Assembly (NCBI GenBank): GCA_963845245.1
Contig: CAWJRJ010000016.1
Span: 128,001 to 192,000, forward strand
Direction: 5' to 3'
From: Nitrospirota bacterium
GTDB lineage: Bacteria > Nitrospirota > JACRHJ01
Length of the DNA stretch: 64,000 nucleotides
In this document: positions 52,136 through 63,754 of the stretch, piece after piece
Layout of the letters: each line of letters begins with the position of its first letter
Position numbering within the stretch: the stretch's first letter is position 1
Position numbers and translations under genes: made by a program
The notes under the pieces: model-generated
Database searches by the model: none
Seen by the model: the letters and a program-made list of their open reading frames with translations, nothing else
Told to the model about the DNA's origin: nothing

Positions 52136-52178
52136 CGACTTTGTTTTTTTGGGGGTCATTATGAGCTCAGCCGAAGAA

Positions 52179-54107
52179 TCATTCCTTAGCTCCTGCATCC
52201 TTCAGCACTTTCACAAGGTCGGTATAGCCTTTGGCAGACGCAATTTTCAACGCCGTCCAGCCATCGGCCGTCCTCGCATTTATATCCGCACCCTTGGTTA
52301 GCAAGACGCGCACTACGTCAACATAGCCGTTCCGAGCTGCGACAATCAACGGTGTCCAGCCTTGTGTTATTCTTGTATCAAGTCCAGTGAATTCTTCTCT
52401 CCCATTTACACACGCTCCATTTTCAAGCAGTACGAGCACGGAGTCAGCATGTCCGCCAGCAGTCGCCTGCATCAACGGAGTATGGCCGTCTATCTCCGCT
52501 GAGTTGACATCTGCACCATGTTTGAGCAAAGTGCGGACTAGGTTCACGTCCTTGACAGCAGACATCAAAGCTGTCCAACCAATTTCCGTCCGTATATTAA
52601 CATTCGCGCCTTTGTCGAGCAAGGCGCGTGCAATGTCCACATGACCAACTGGAACATACATCAATGCTGTATATCCATCATTATCCCTTGCATTTACTTT
52701 TGCGCCCTTATCGAGTAATTCGTGCACTATTTTAGTATGGCCATACTGTACCGCTCGCATCAGCGCAGTTTTACCATCGTTATCCTTTGCATTTACTTTC
52801 GCGCCATTGTTAAGCAGGACGCACACTCTGTCCTCATGGCCGAAAGAAGCTGCAGTCATCAATGCTGTTTCGCCTTTTTCGTTTCTAATATTTGCGTCAC
52901 CAGCTCCGAATTCGAGCAAAACACGAACCACGTCTACATTGCCGAACTCGCCAGAAGCTGAATCCAACGCTGTCCAGCCATGCTCCGACTTCAAATTCGG
53001 GTCAGCGCCTCTTTCAAGCAAAACGAGCGCAATGTCTGCATGCCCACCCCCTGCCGCAAGCATTAAAGCTGTCATGCCTCTTTCATAACTGGTAGATCCC
53101 ATAGAGTATCCAGTTGTTTTCATGTTAACGTCAGCGCCTTTATCAAGCAAGGTTTTTACAACGTCAATATCGCCTTGCATAGCCGCCATTGCTAGCATTG
53201 GATAACCCAATTTAGTCCTTATCTTTAGGTCAGCTCCCGCCTCCACCAAAGCACGCACATTGTCAGCATGTCTGCTCCCAACCGCAGCCATCAATGCTGT
53301 ACTGCCATTTTTCCCGACAGCATTAACTTTCGCTCCTTTGTCGAGCAATAAGCGCACGACATCTGTAGTACAGTTGCTGGCCGCACTCATCAACGCTGTA
53401 TAGCCTTTCTTGTTTTTTGCGTTAACGTTTGCACCGTGGTCGACCAAAATTCGCACTATGTTTGCATTGCAGCGCTCATCGACCGACTCCGAATCGTCAT
53501 CATCAGCATCATGAGTTCCAATAGCGGACATCAGCACCGTATCGCCGTCGTTGTCCCTTGCATTGATGTCCGCCCCATTTTCGAGTAGGAGGCGGACTAT
53601 TTCCTCATGGTCTTTCCCTGCCGCATCCATTAAAGCCGTTGAGCCGTGACTAGACTTCGCATCTACTTTCGCACCACTTTTAAGAAGAATGCGCACAACT
53701 TCGGTATGGCCATTAACTGAAGCTGCCATTAAAGCTGTGTAACCTTTTGCATTAACAGTTGCACCTTTGTCAAGCAGGATACGCACAATATCCGCATAAC
53801 CGTTCAAAGCCGCACTGGTCAACGCCGTCCATCCGTCGTTATTCCTTGCATTAGCATCCGCGCCTTTATTGAGTAAAGAACTGACTATGTCCGTATGGCC
53901 ATTTAAAGATGCCCAAATCAACGCCGTCCATCCACCTTTGTCTTTTGCATTGACATCTGCTCCCTTGCCGAGCAATATGCGCACCTTTTCTGATTGCCCG
54001 TTTTTAGAAGCTTCGATTAGCGTATTATCAGGTTTCCCCGCTACCGAGGTTGTCGCAAATGTTAACAGCAATACCATGAAAAGCGTTGCTGAAAGGAAAT
54101 GTTTCAT
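52179..54107 (-). CDS. Secreted ankyrin-repeat protein
   Basis: Signal peptide; many G.TALM.A...G...IV..LL..GA.VN repeats; lower GC than flanks. Confidence 0.95.
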   Translation of the reverse strand: MKHFLSATLFMVLLLTFATTSVAGKPDNTLIEASKNGQSEKVRILLGKGADVNAKDKGGWTALIWASLNGHTDIVSSLLNKGADANARNNDGWTALTSAALNGYADIVRILLDKGATVNAKGYTALMAASVNGHTEVVRILLKSGAKVDAKSSHGSTALMDAAGKDHEEIVRLLLENGADINARDNDGDTVLMSAIGTHDADDDDSESVDERCNANIVRILVDHGANVNAKNKKGYTALMSAASNCTTDVVRLLLDKGAKVNAVGKNGSTALMAAVGSRHADNVRALVEAGADLKIRTKLGYPMLAMAAMQGDIDVVKTLLDKGADVNMKTTGYSMGSTSYERGMTALMLAAGGGHADIALVLLERGADPNLKSEHGWTALDSASGEFGNVDVVRVLLEFGAGDANIRNEKGETALMTAASFGHEDRVCVLLNNGAKVNAKDNDGKTALMRAVQYGHTKIVHELLDKGAKVNARDNDGYTALMYVPVGHVDIARALLDKGANVNIRTEIGWTALMSAVKDVNLVRTLLKHGADVNSAEIDGHTPLMQATAGGHADSVLVLLENGACVNGREEFTGLDTRITQGWTPLIVAARNGYVDVVRVLLTKGADINARTADGWTALKIASAKGYTDLVKVLKDAGAKE

Positions 54108-54300
54108 TCTGTATCTCCTTCATCAAATCAGTATTTGTGGGAAGCTGCCAAGAAGAGATATACTGATAATATTGCAACTAAGCCAAGATATAATCCACCT
54201 CTTCTGTGGATAGATGGGAATAAATTTACATATATTCGTAATATTTATAGCACGAGCTGTGCAAATTTACAAATGCTATATCTAATTCAGGCAGGTGTGG

Positions 54301-54373
54301 CTTGTGTTCAGGAGGCTTATCGAGGCCGAGGCGGCATAACAAAAAGCCCGCAACTTTCGTTGCGGGCTTTTTT
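54301..54373 (+). repeat. Duplicate of the clpB 3' end plus terminator
   Basis: Encodes [12 protein letters not shown] versus clp[13 protein letters not shown], followed by AAAAAGCCCGCAAC hairpin. Confidence 0.85.
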
Positions 54374-54399
54374 ATTATTACTGCTCTCCTGTGTTTTAT

Positions 54400-57170
54400 C
54401 TACTCGTTGCTGAGATACTCCAACGTGATGGTCACCGTGCGGTTGAACGACCGGGCTTCCGGTGACATGTTGTCGTACAGCGGGGTGTTGGGGCCGACAC
54501 CCGAGCTGGTGGATACGGTCGCCGGGGTCTTCCTCATAGGCAGCTTTCAGCAGGTCGTAGACTGCCTGCGCACGACGTTCCGAGAGCTTGAGGTTGTAAG
54601 TCCTCCTTGCCGATGTTGTCGGTGTGGCCAACAATCTCCATCTTGGCCTCGGGGAGTGTCTTGGCACGGGCAACGATCGTGTTGACGATATCCTGGTTGC
54701 GCGCATCGATCGTGTTCTTGTCGAAATCGAAAAGGATCAGGGCATATTTTTCCTGCACCTTCAGGCCCTCCTTCAGCGCCAGCCTCTGGCTCTTCTGGAT
54801 GAAGTTGACCTTGACAGGTACAGGAGAGAGCTGCATGTCATGCCCCTTGGTGTCCTTCAGCTCCATCTTCACCGCGATGTCGCCACCGGTGGCCAGCGTC
54901 CCGAGGTCAACCTTATCGAGCGGGATTTTGATCTCCTTCGCGGGCGCCCCATCGCCGGACAGGTCGGCCAGGCTTCCCGGGGTATTTGATGCGGTGAGCT
55001 TCCAGCTCGCGATGCCGTGCGGCGAAACCACGTCCGGTTGAACCGTCAGCGCAGGTGAATCGATCCGGTTGGAGAAGTAGGTGCTCTGTATCGGGGCAAG
55101 TATCGCCGGTTCGGTCGAGTGGATCTCCACCCTGCCGGTTTTCTGCCTGCCCTTCCTTCAGCTTGGTTGCGCTCGGCATCGCAGGCAGGTTGCGCACCTC
55201 TATCGTAATGCGCTCCGGCGCTATGCCCCAGGCCATCAACAGATAATCCCTCACTGCATCGGCGCGCTTTTCGGATAGCTTTTTATTCCCCTTCTCCTCG
55301 GCTGTGTTGTCGTTGCACCCGACCAGCGTGACCGTGGCCCCGGGGTTGTCGGTCAGGCGTTTGCCTACGATATTCAGCACCTGGTAGTACTTCTCCAAGC
55401 GCATCGCGGAACTTATGCTCGTCGAAACCTTCCGTTTCCTTGGGCCCGGTGAAACGGATATAACGGGCGGGGATCTCGCTTGACCCCTTGTCGAAATAGA
55501 CATGGTTCAGCATCGGTGATGCGTCTATGGTCTTCATCTCTTCGATTGTCAGGGTGGCCGGGACTACAGCCAGGCTGGCCGTGGTCTTTGTGACCTCCAC
55601 CTTGACCGGCGCGGCGTCCATCGCCAGGCTCTGCCCTTTCTTGTCTTCCATCTGCATCGCTAACTTTAAGGTCGCCGCCTGCGGCAAGCGCCTGCAGGTC
55701 CGTGGTCGGCAGCTGTACTTTCAGTTCCGGCGCGGGAGCGCCTTCCCCTGCAAGTTCGGCCACGCTTCCCTTTGCGTTAGCTGACGGTGACCTTCCACTT
55801 TGCGATCCCGTATACGGAATCCACCACCGGCTTCAGCGTCAGCTCAGACACGTCTATTTTCGTCTCGGGCGCGGTATCGGCCACCTTTATCTCGTCGAAC
55901 TTAATGGTGGACGGGGCGACGGTCAGGCTGGCGCTGGTCTTTGTAACCTCGACCTTGACCGGCGCGGCGTCCAGCGCCAGGCTCTGGCCTTTCTTGTCTT
56001 CAAGCTGCATCTGCACTGCAAGGTCGCCGCCTGCGGCAAGCGCCTGCAGGTCCGTGGTCGGAAGCTGTACTGTCAGCTCCGGCGCGGGTGCGCCTTCCCC
56101 TGCAAGTTCGGCCACGCTTCCCTTTGCGTTGGTTACGGCGACCTTCCACTTTGCGATGCCGTAGACAGAATCCACCACCGGCTGCAGCGTCAGCGCGGAC
56201 GTATCGATTTTGGTGACGGGCGCGCCGTCGGCTATGCGGTATCTCGTCGAACTTCAGGGTGGACGGGGCGGCGGTCAGGTTCCCCGTCGGCGGGAACAGG
56301 TAGCTTACGACGTAATAATACTGCATCTTCGAGGCGACTTCCTGGAAGATGGGGACGAGGTTCGTCTCCGAGTGTGCCTTCCATATATGCCCGCGGGTCT
56401 GGCTGGTGAACCCGGACAGGAATTTGTTGGTATCATAGTCCGGCATGTAATCTATCGCGAATGCATTGAAGCCCTTGAGCCCCTGCGCCGCCTTTATGAC
56501 GTCCTCGCTTTTATAGAGGCTGTTCAGGTCTTCGCCGTCCGAGAAGACCACCATGAACCTGGGTTCCGTCTCCGGCGCTTCGCGGATGAATTCAAGCCCG
56601 GCCAGCATCGCATCAAAAAGCACGGTCTGGCCGGTAATGCGTTTGTTGCTGTAGGCGTCCGCCGCAAACTTCTTCAGCTCGTCCTGGTTGCTCGATTGGA
56701 ACGTCCGCACGTATACTTCTTTGTCGTAGCCGTTGATTTTTATTTTTTCAAAGTTCTCGAAGACGACTATCGTGACCTTGTCTATCGGGCGGACGATCTT
56801 CAGCAGCTCGCTTACACCGGCGAGCAGTGCATCGATGGCGTGGCGCTCCTTCATCGAGAACGAGTTGTCCAGCACCAGGACGATGTTGCGCGGCACGTCC
56901 AGGCTCTCGGCGAGCGGCTGCACCGAGATGATATTCGCCGTCCGTCCGGCTTGCGTGATGGAGAAGTCTTTGGCGCCCAGCCCGAATATCGGGCTGTTCC
57001 CCGGCATCGAAGACGCTTACCACCACCTTGCCTTCGTTGATGACCCGGTCGACGTTCACCTTTGCGGCGGGTTTGGTGGCCTGTATCTGCAACTCCGGGT
57101 TGTCGGCGGCGAAGGCCGTACTGCTCGTCATCAGGGCAAACAGCATTACTAAAATGCGTCTAATCAACAT
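54400..57170 (-). CDS. Large secreted vWA + internal repeats + two OmpA-like domains, multiply frameshifted
   Basis: Signal peptide; MIDAS LDNSFSM and FSDGED; LSEKRADAV; ILFDFDK..GHTDNIG..LSERRA; several frame breaks. Confidence 0.75.
55570..56275. repeat. Tandem intragenic repeat, two copies with about 353-bp period
   Basis: VVDSVYGIAKWKV..VAELAGEGAPAPEL..LPTTDLQALAAGGDL..DAAPVKVEVTKT repeated at near-identical DNA level. Confidence 0.8.
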
Positions 57171-57372
57171 GGTCGGATTCTCCTGTTTGACAATTATCAC
57201 TGGCCACTTGGCATGGCCCCCGCTTTTGATTCTTGCAATATTATCATAAAAAACCATTCAATATCGATAAAATTTATGTGTATTTACAAAATCAGGATAG
57301 ACCGCCAAGCCGGTATATGTGGTGTTCCTTAAGCATGATGTCGAGAGGATATCAGGGCCGCATTTCTTTGAT

Positions 57373-57993
57373 TCAGCGGTCGGCGGGCTTCGCCTGTTCC
57401 GGTCGCGCGTACTTCATTATCTCATCGGCAATCAATGCCGCCGTTTTTTTGATGTCTCTTTGAGGCGCATTTTTCGCAAGTACGAACTTTGCTGCCGCGA
57501 CGTAGGGGTTCATTGTCACTATGGCGCCGGGTATCATGTTCGGGTCTTTTGCGGTTCCAATTACCAGGAAGGGCGCGCGGGGTTCGGAGCTTGCGAGGTT
57601 GCTTATTCCGATTTGAAGGTCCATATTGGAAGAGCCCCTCCCGAACCCGATAACAGCCCGCCTGATCCGGTTGCCTTCATCCACTTCGGTGAAGATGCCC
57701 TGCACGAGCCAGCCGTCCCGGGGTAGGTCGCCCGATGCATCGTAGAGCCGCCGCGCGTTCATGCCCCTCTCGCCAAGGTTTTGCACAAGCGAATCTGCCA
57801 TGTCCTCGACAATGTGGTGCGCTTTCTCCGTGGATTCACCCCTGGCTAAAGGATGGGGCAGTCTTTTTCCGAGTCTGCCCGGCAGGGGTCCACTGACGCC
57901 TTCGTCGTCACTGTGTTCTTTGGCATCGAGCGTAAAATCCGAGATGTAAATAGATGTTGGGGCGCTGAGCAGGCAAGGGCTTGCTGACTTCAC
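57373..57993 (-). CDS. DUF4410-like protein (5' end uncertain, probably frameshifted)
   Basis: IYISDF, G.FTEVDEGNRIRRAVIGFG.G. Confidence 0.65.
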   Translation of the reverse strand: MKSASPCLLSAPTSIYISDFTLDAKEHSDDEGVSGPLPGRLGKRLPHPLARGESTEKAHHIVEDMADSLVQNLGERGMNARRLYDASGDLPRDGWLVQGIFTEVDEGNRIRRAVIGFGRGSSNMDLQIGISNLASSEPRAPFLVIGTAKDPNMIPGAIVTMNPYVAAAKFVLAKNAPQRDIKKTAALIADEIMKYARPEQAKPADR

Positions 57994-58388
57994 TCCCGGT
58001 CACACTTACGCCGCCTCAGGACAGGCCCGGCGTGCGAGTCACTGCTGGAGCAGCACATAATGCAGAGCAGAAAGATGGAGTAGCGACCTGGCCCAGTGGG
58101 CTAGTGTATTTCGTGGGCTTCGTCTGGTCGAGCCGCACGTTGTTTTTTTTCTTTATAGGACATCAGGAAAGCCCTCACCGATTGTATAAGTTTCTTGTAA
58201 GAATTATAGCATTCCTCAACCATCACCGCAAACGGGCGCTCTTGGGCGGCAACGGGATAACGGTATTGTGCCTTTGCGGCCCGATATAAGAAAAAGCCCG
58301 CATCGCAAGTTGCGGACTTCGATTGCTTTAGCGGTGTCGAGTTTTACTTGAGCGAAGCCGAAGAATCCGCCTTTGGCCTTACGCTTTT

Positions 58389-58640
58389 TTATGCTGCTAT
58401 CGGCATGTTCTCGCGTTTGTCCTCCGGCACCTCGTTCGGCGCCTCCTGCCTTTTGCCCAGCACCTCAATCGCCAACGGGATCGTGCTGAGAGCACCGATG
58501 GCAAACAGTGTCCAGCCGATCGCCTTTCTCTTGTCGTCGTTGAATTTGTCCGCCATCAACAGGCCGACTCCCGCGCCCAGCATTCCGCGTGTGCCGGCAA
58601 TCAGTCCTAGTTCCGGCAGGGTCAATTCCAGCTTTTTCAT
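58389..58640 (-). CDS. Small membrane hypothetical protein
   Basis: AGGAGG RBS; TRGMLGAGVGLL and GW.L..IGALSTIPL hydrophobic segments. Confidence 0.7.
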   Translation of the reverse strand: MKKLELTLPELGLIAGTRGMLGAGVGLLMADKFNDDKRKAIGWTLFAIGALSTIPLAIEVLGKRQEAPNEVPEDKRENMPIAA

Positions 58641-58752
58641 AGCCCCTCCTTAATCGCCAAAACTAAAGGGAAAAAGAACCATAGCCTATATTAAAATGGT
58701 AACACCGGGGGAGGGAATACACAAGGGAGGAGCACCGTGGTTATGCCTGAAT

Positions 58753-59265
58753 TTAGAGAAGTTCTCCAAACCACGGGAACGCTACCCACCCTAGCCAAGC
58801 AAACAACAGCCAGTGAAATGCGAAGTTTGAGTTATAGGTTGGCTGTTTAGCGTTTTTAAAGTTTATTACCATGAGAGTGACCCAAGTAATGATATTAAAG
58901 AGGTACATTGCAACAGTGTGCAATTTGCCTTGATAAGCCACCCCGTAAGACCAACTAGATCCGAGATAATACAATGATAGTAAAATCAAAGCAATTGATG
59001 CAATTTTTGTTCGTATTGGTATTTGCTGCTGTCCCTTCAAAAGAGGTAGGCTCCACAACATAAAAACTAATGGAACGCAAAACGAGCCCAGAACAAATGC
59101 TATCCAGTAGCCGCCAAAGACTGCACCAAGTGATAAAATTGGAATGGCTACGGTAAGAGAATATGGTGAGTATATTTTAGTAACGGATGCGCAAAATGTT
59201 GAATAGGAAATTCCCCATAAAATAATAACACCTACAACAAAGTTCAATTTCAGTTTATGGTTCAT
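58753..59265 (-). CDS. AT-rich multi-pass membrane hypothetical protein
   Basis: Hydrophobic ORF with visibly lower GC. Confidence 0.6.
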   Translation of the reverse strand: MNHKLKLNFVVGVIILWGISYSTFCASVTKIYSPYSLTVAIPILSLGAVFGGYWIAFVLGSFCVPLVFMLWSLPLLKGQQQIPIRTKIASIALILLSLYYLGSSWSYGVAYQGKLHTVAMYLFNIITWVTLMVINFKNAKQPTYNSNFAFHWLLFAWLGWVAFPWFGELL

Positions 59266-59319
59266 TTTTCTTCTCTCGCATAATATAGTTATACAGTTGC
59301 CTCAATATATAAAAACAAA

Positions 59320-59985
59320 TTAGCGAAATTGTATATTGCTCTGCTCCACCTTTGGTTTGCACTGCCCCCCGCACGAGCACTTCCCCCCTTTTGCCTTCTC
59401 GAACGCCTCGCGGCCTTCGCGGACAGAGAGCCAGGCGATTACAAGGGAACCGACCGAGTCGATATACCCGATGCCTGTAAGCTCGTAGCCGATACTCGCA
59501 ATAAGCAGGACGGCGGACAGCCGGAGGCAGGTGCGGGTGCAGGCGGCGTCCGCGAGGATGGCGTCCGAGCCGAGCGCCTTCCCGGCCACTACCTTGTAAT
59601 GTATCAGCAGCCACATCGAGGCTATCGAGATCGCCCCGATTACTATGCCCCAGAAGGTCGTCTCCGGCTTGTGGCCGGAATATATGTCTATGATTGAGGT
59701 GATGGCAAGCCCGGCCGCGAGGACGTAAAAGGCCCCGCCCGTTACCTTTAGCGCCTCCCGCTCGAAGGCGTCGTGCTCGGATTCCTCGGTCAGCCTCTGC
59801 CGCCGCACCATGTGCCAGATGCCGATGCCCGAGATGACCTCCACGAACGAGTCCAGCCCGAACCCGAACAGCGACAGCGTGCCGTCCTCATACCCGAACC
59901 AGACCGAGACCAGGCCTTCAACGATATTATAGAATATGGTGATGAGCGCAAGGGCGCGCGCGAGTTTCAGGTATTTGTCCTTCAT
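59320..59985 (-). CDS. Cation transporter (cation efflux/CDF-related)
   Basis: YNIVEG, GFGLDSFVE, ILADA, Cys-rich C-terminal tail. Confidence 0.8.
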   Translation of the reverse strand: MKDKYLKLARALALITIFYNIVEGLVSVWFGYEDGTLSLFGFGLDSFVEVISGIGIWHMVRRQRLTEESEHDAFEREALKVTGGAFYVLAAGLAITSIIDIYSGHKPETTFWGIVIGAISIASMWLLIHYKVVAGKALGSDAILADAACTRTCLRLSAVLLIASIGYELTGIGYIDSVGSLVIAWLSVREGREAFEKAKGGKCSCGGQCKPKVEQSNIQFR

Positions 59986-60152
59986 TCTTAATAACCCCCA
60001 TGTGTCAGTTAAGGTCATTATACAGTATTGCTTATGAGAATCAACGGTTATCCCGTACGCTCAAACCACAAAACCCATAACTGTTCTTGATTTTTGCGCC
60101 TATAAATGGTACAAATAAGGAAAGAGTTTTACTGTTTTGGAGGTTTTTTGAA

Positions 60153-60674
60153 ATGGCAGTGCTGGAGATAAGGCAGTACCCGGACAAGGTGCTGCGCAGG
60201 AAAAGCAGACCCGTCGAGGCTATAACCCCCGAAATCCAGAAACTAATCGACGACATGGTTGAGACGATGTACGCCGCGCCCGGAGTCGGCCTTGCCGCGC
60301 CCCAGGTCGGTATCGGCCTGCGCCTTGCGGTCATAGACGTCACCTACAAGGACGAGGAGCCGCAGGTGTATGTCCTCATAAACCCCGAGTTCATCCTTCA
60401 GGAAGGCGAGCTTGAGGAGGACGAGGGCTGCCTGAGCGTGCAGGACTTCACCGAAAACGTGAAGAGGTTCGCAAGGGTGATCGTGCGCGCCACCGACAGA
60501 AACGGCGACGTGTATGAGTTGGAAGGCGAGGACCTCCTTGCCCGCGCGCTACAGCACGAGATAGACCACTTAAACGGCCTGCTCTTCATAGACCGCATAA
60601 GCCCGCTCAAGCGCGACCTGTTCAAGAGGAAGCTTAAAAAGGCTATAAAGAACGAGGAGGCGACAGCCTCTTGA
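60153..60674 (+). CDS. def: Peptide deformylase
   Basis: GVGLAAPQ, EGCLS, QHEIDHLNG. Confidence 0.97.
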   Translation: MAVLEIRQYPDKVLRRKSRPVEAITPEIQKLIDDMVETMYAAPGVGLAAPQVGIGLRLAVIDVTYKDEEPQVYVLINPEFILQEGELEEDEGCLSVQDFTENVKRFARVIVRATDRNGDVYELEGEDLLARALQHEIDHLNGLLFIDRISPLKRDLFKRKLKKAIKNEEATAS

Positions 60675-61603
60675 GGATAGTATTCATGGGGACGCCTGCA
60701 TTCGCCGTCCCGGTGCTTTCCGCGCTGCACGAGGCAGGGCACGAGATAGCACTTGTAATAAGCCAGCCCGACAGGCCCAAGGGCCGGGGCAGGAAACTTG
60801 AACCGACGCCGGTTAAACAAAAGGCCCTCGATTTGGGCCTTAATGTATTTCAGCCGGATAAAATAAGGAAGCCCGAGGCGATAGAGGCCGTAGCCGCAAT
60901 CAAGCCGGAGTTGGCGGTCGTGGCTGCGTTCGGCCAGATACTCCCGAAGGCCGTGCTCGATATTCCCACAAGAGGCTGCCTGAACACCCACGCCTCGCTT
61001 TTGCCCGCATACCGGGGCGCGGCCCCCATAAACTGGGCCATCATCAACGGCGAGGTGAAGACAGGCGTTACGATCATGCAGATGGACGTCGGGATGGACA
61101 CCGGCGACATGCTGCTGAAGGCGGAAGAGCCGATACGCCCTGACGACACAGCCGGTGCGCTTACCGAGAGGTTGTCAAGGATCGGCGCAGCCCTGATCGT
61201 AAAGGCGATCGAGGAACTCGAGGCCGGACGGTTGATGCCGGTCAAGCAGGACCCGGCCCTGGCCACATCCGCCCCGCTTCTTAAGAAGGAGATGGGGCTC
61301 GTGGACTGGAACAAGCCCGCACCGGATATAGAGCGGCTGATGCGCGGGCTGGACCCGTGGCCGGGTGCATATACCAGCAGGGGTACAGACGTCCTGAAGC
61401 TCTGGAAGGCCGGTGTTGCTGGCATGGACAGCGATGGCGATCCGGGCAGCGTGGTTGACGCCAACCGTGAAGGCATCTTCGTCAACACCGGTTGCGGCGT
61501 GCTCGTAATAAAGGAATTGCAGGGTACCGGCGGCAGGCGCATGACCGCATCGGAATACCTTGCCGGACACAAGATACTAAAGGGCGAAAGGCTCGGTCAA
61601 TAA
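60671..61603 (+). CDS. fmt: Methionyl-tRNA formyltransferase
   Basis: FMGTP.FA, HASLLP.YRGAAPI, GMDTG. Confidence 0.97.
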   Translation: MRIVFMGTPAFAVPVLSALHEAGHEIALVISQPDRPKGRGRKLEPTPVKQKALDLGLNVFQPDKIRKPEAIEAVAAIKPELAVVAAFGQILPKAVLDIPTRGCLNTHASLLPAYRGAAPINWAIINGEVKTGVTIMQMDVGMDTGDMLLKAEEPIRPDDTAGALTERLSRIGAALIVKAIEELEAGRLMPVKQDPALATSAPLLKKEMGLVDWNKPAPDIERLMRGLDPWPGAYTSRGTDVLKLWKAGVAGMDSDGDPGSVVDANREGIFVNTGCGVLVIKELQGTGGRRMTASEYLAGHKILKGERLGQ

Positions 61604-61604
61604 A

Positions 61605-62405
61605 TTGCAGGAACCAAAGAAAAGGGTATTCATTACCCTGCTGATAACCACGCTGGGGCTGCTCATCGGAGCCGGCTATATAATCTGGTGGATACCGCAG
61701 GTCGGCCTCAGGAACATACACCCGCTCCTGCCCGCCGCATTCATGATACTGGTCGGGGGTGTGCTGGGTTTCATCGCGTTCGGTGTGTTCCTGCTTATCC
61801 TCACACTGATACGCGGCAAGGAGATATTCCTCGCCACGAGGCTTAGGTGGGTGGTGGTGAAGGTCCTGTTCCCGCTTATGGTGCCGGTCGGGCGGCTGTT
61901 CGGGATCTCCCGCGACACGGTGCAGCAGTCCTTCATCGCCGTGAACAACCAGCTCGTGCGTTCAAACATCAGAAGCGTAAAGCCTGACCGCCTGCTCATC
62001 CTGCTGCCGCACTGCATCCAGATCAACGACTGCAACATAAAGATAACAGGCGACGTCCACCGCTGCAAGGGCTGCGGCAAGTGCGAGATAAAGGACCTCG
62101 TGGCGATATCGGACAGGTGCGGTGTGGACCTCTCCGTCGCCACCGGCGGCACACTTGCGCGCCGCATTATAAAGGAGAAGAGGCCCAAGGCCATCATAGC
62201 CGTCGCATGCGAACGCGACCTTACCAGCGGCATAGTGGACAGCTATCCACTGCCCGTCATCGGCATCCTCAACCAGAGGCCGTTCGGCCCGTGCATCAAC
62301 ACGAGGGTGGACATGAAGGACGTCCAGGAGGCGCTCGAGTATTTCACCGGCCTGAAGGCCGAGGTCGAGTGCAAGACCGCAGAACCCGCAACGTCTAATG
62401 TCTGA
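61605..62405 (+). CDS. DUF116 protein
   Basis: LLPHCIQ, C..CGKC, AVACERDL..G, GPCINT. Confidence 0.9.
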   Translation: MQEPKKRVFITLLITTLGLLIGAGYIIWWIPQVGLRNIHPLLPAAFMILVGGVLGFIAFGVFLLILTLIRGKEIFLATRLRWVVVKVLFPLMVPVGRLFGISRDTVQQSFIAVNNQLVRSNIRSVKPDRLLILLPHCIQINDCNIKITGDVHRCKGCGKCEIKDLVAISDRCGVDLSVATGGTLARRIIKEKRPKAIIAVACERDLTSGIVDSYPLPVIGILNQRPFGPCINTRVDMKDVQEALEYFTGLKAEVECKTAEPATSNV

Positions 62406-63754
62406 AGCTCCTGCCAGGGCCGCCGCCCTATGGGTGCTCCAGGAGTGGCAGAGGGGAAAACCCCAGGCCCGCCGCCCTGAAACACTAATCAGAAGAGCCT
62501 TCCAGAAGTTCAACCTCGACCCGCGTGATAAGTCCCTTGCCATGGAGCTTGCCTACGGCGTGATAAGGCACCTCCTGACCCTCGACCACATCATCTCGTT
62601 CTACGTCAGGGAAAACGGGCAGGGCGTCACCCCTACAATAAGGGACGTCCTAAGGCTTGCAGCATACCAGATAGGATACTTAGACAAGATACCCGAGCGG
62701 GCCGCCGTGAACGAGGCGGTTGAGGCCGCCAAGAAGTCTGGCGGACGCGCGGCTGCGGGGTTCGTGAATGCCGTCCTTCGCTCGCTTCTCCGGAACCCCG
62801 GCAAGGTGAGCTATCCCGACCCTAAGAAGCTCCCGTTCTCATGCCTCTCGCTTGAATACTCATACCCCGAGTGGCTTTCAAGGAAATGGCTCGGCCGGTT
62901 CGGTTTCGATGAAGCCGCGGCCTTGATGGCCGCCGGAAATGCCACCCCGCCCCTGACCCTCAGGGTAAATACCCTCAAGACCGACAGGGACTCCCTTGTG
63001 CGGCTGCTGGATGAGGCGGGTATCGGATGCTCGCCCACCATGTACGCGCCATATGGTATAGCTCTTGAAACAGGCAGCCCGATAACGGAGCTTCCCGGCT
63101 ACAAAGACGGGCTCTTTGCGGTTCAGGACGAGGCGGCCCAACTCATACCGCTGCTTCTCGCCCCCAAAGCAGGGGACAGGGTTCTTGACGCCTGTGCCGC
63201 GCCCGGCGGAAAGAGCGCGCATATTGCCGCACTCGCAGGGTGGGATGCACAGATAATAGCGATGGATATTGGCCTTGACAAAACAAAGGCCTTGACCGAG
63301 AATATCAGACGGCTGGGTGTGCGCAAGGTGGTGCCGCTTATAGCCGATGCGGCGGCCCCGCTGCCCTTCAAAGGCCTTTTCGATTCGATACTGCTGGATG
63401 CCCCATGCAGCGCCCTCGGTGTAATAAGACGAAGGCCTGAGATCAAATACGCCCGGCTTGAAAAAGATGTCAGAAGGCTTGCCGAGCTTCAGGCCCGGAT
63501 GCTTCGGAACCTCGCCCCGGCAGTAAAGCCGGGCGGGGTGCTGGTCTACTCCGTCTGCTCCACCGAACCTGAGGAGGGCGAACTTCAGGTGGAGGGATTC
63601 CTGAAGGAAGACGGCGGTTTTGCCTTGGAAGATGCGCGGGCGTTCCTCCCTCCGGAGCGCAGGTGAGCTGGTCACGGAAAAGGGCTATTTGAGGACCTGG
63701 CCGCACCGGCACGGTACGGACGGTTTCTTTGCGGCGAGGCTTAGGAAGAAATGA
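62398..63754 (+). CDS. rsmB: 16S rRNA m5C967 methyltransferase RsmB, frameshift at about 63660
   Basis: NusB-like N-terminus, VQDEA, DACAAPGGK, DAPCS, YSVCS; C-terminus TDGFFAARLRKK in another frame. Confidence 0.93.

Noticed and set aside
52179..56275. CRISPR array or transposon
   Set aside because: Repeats are intragenic (ankyrin and about 353-bp units); no repeat-spacer pattern, cas gene or transposase
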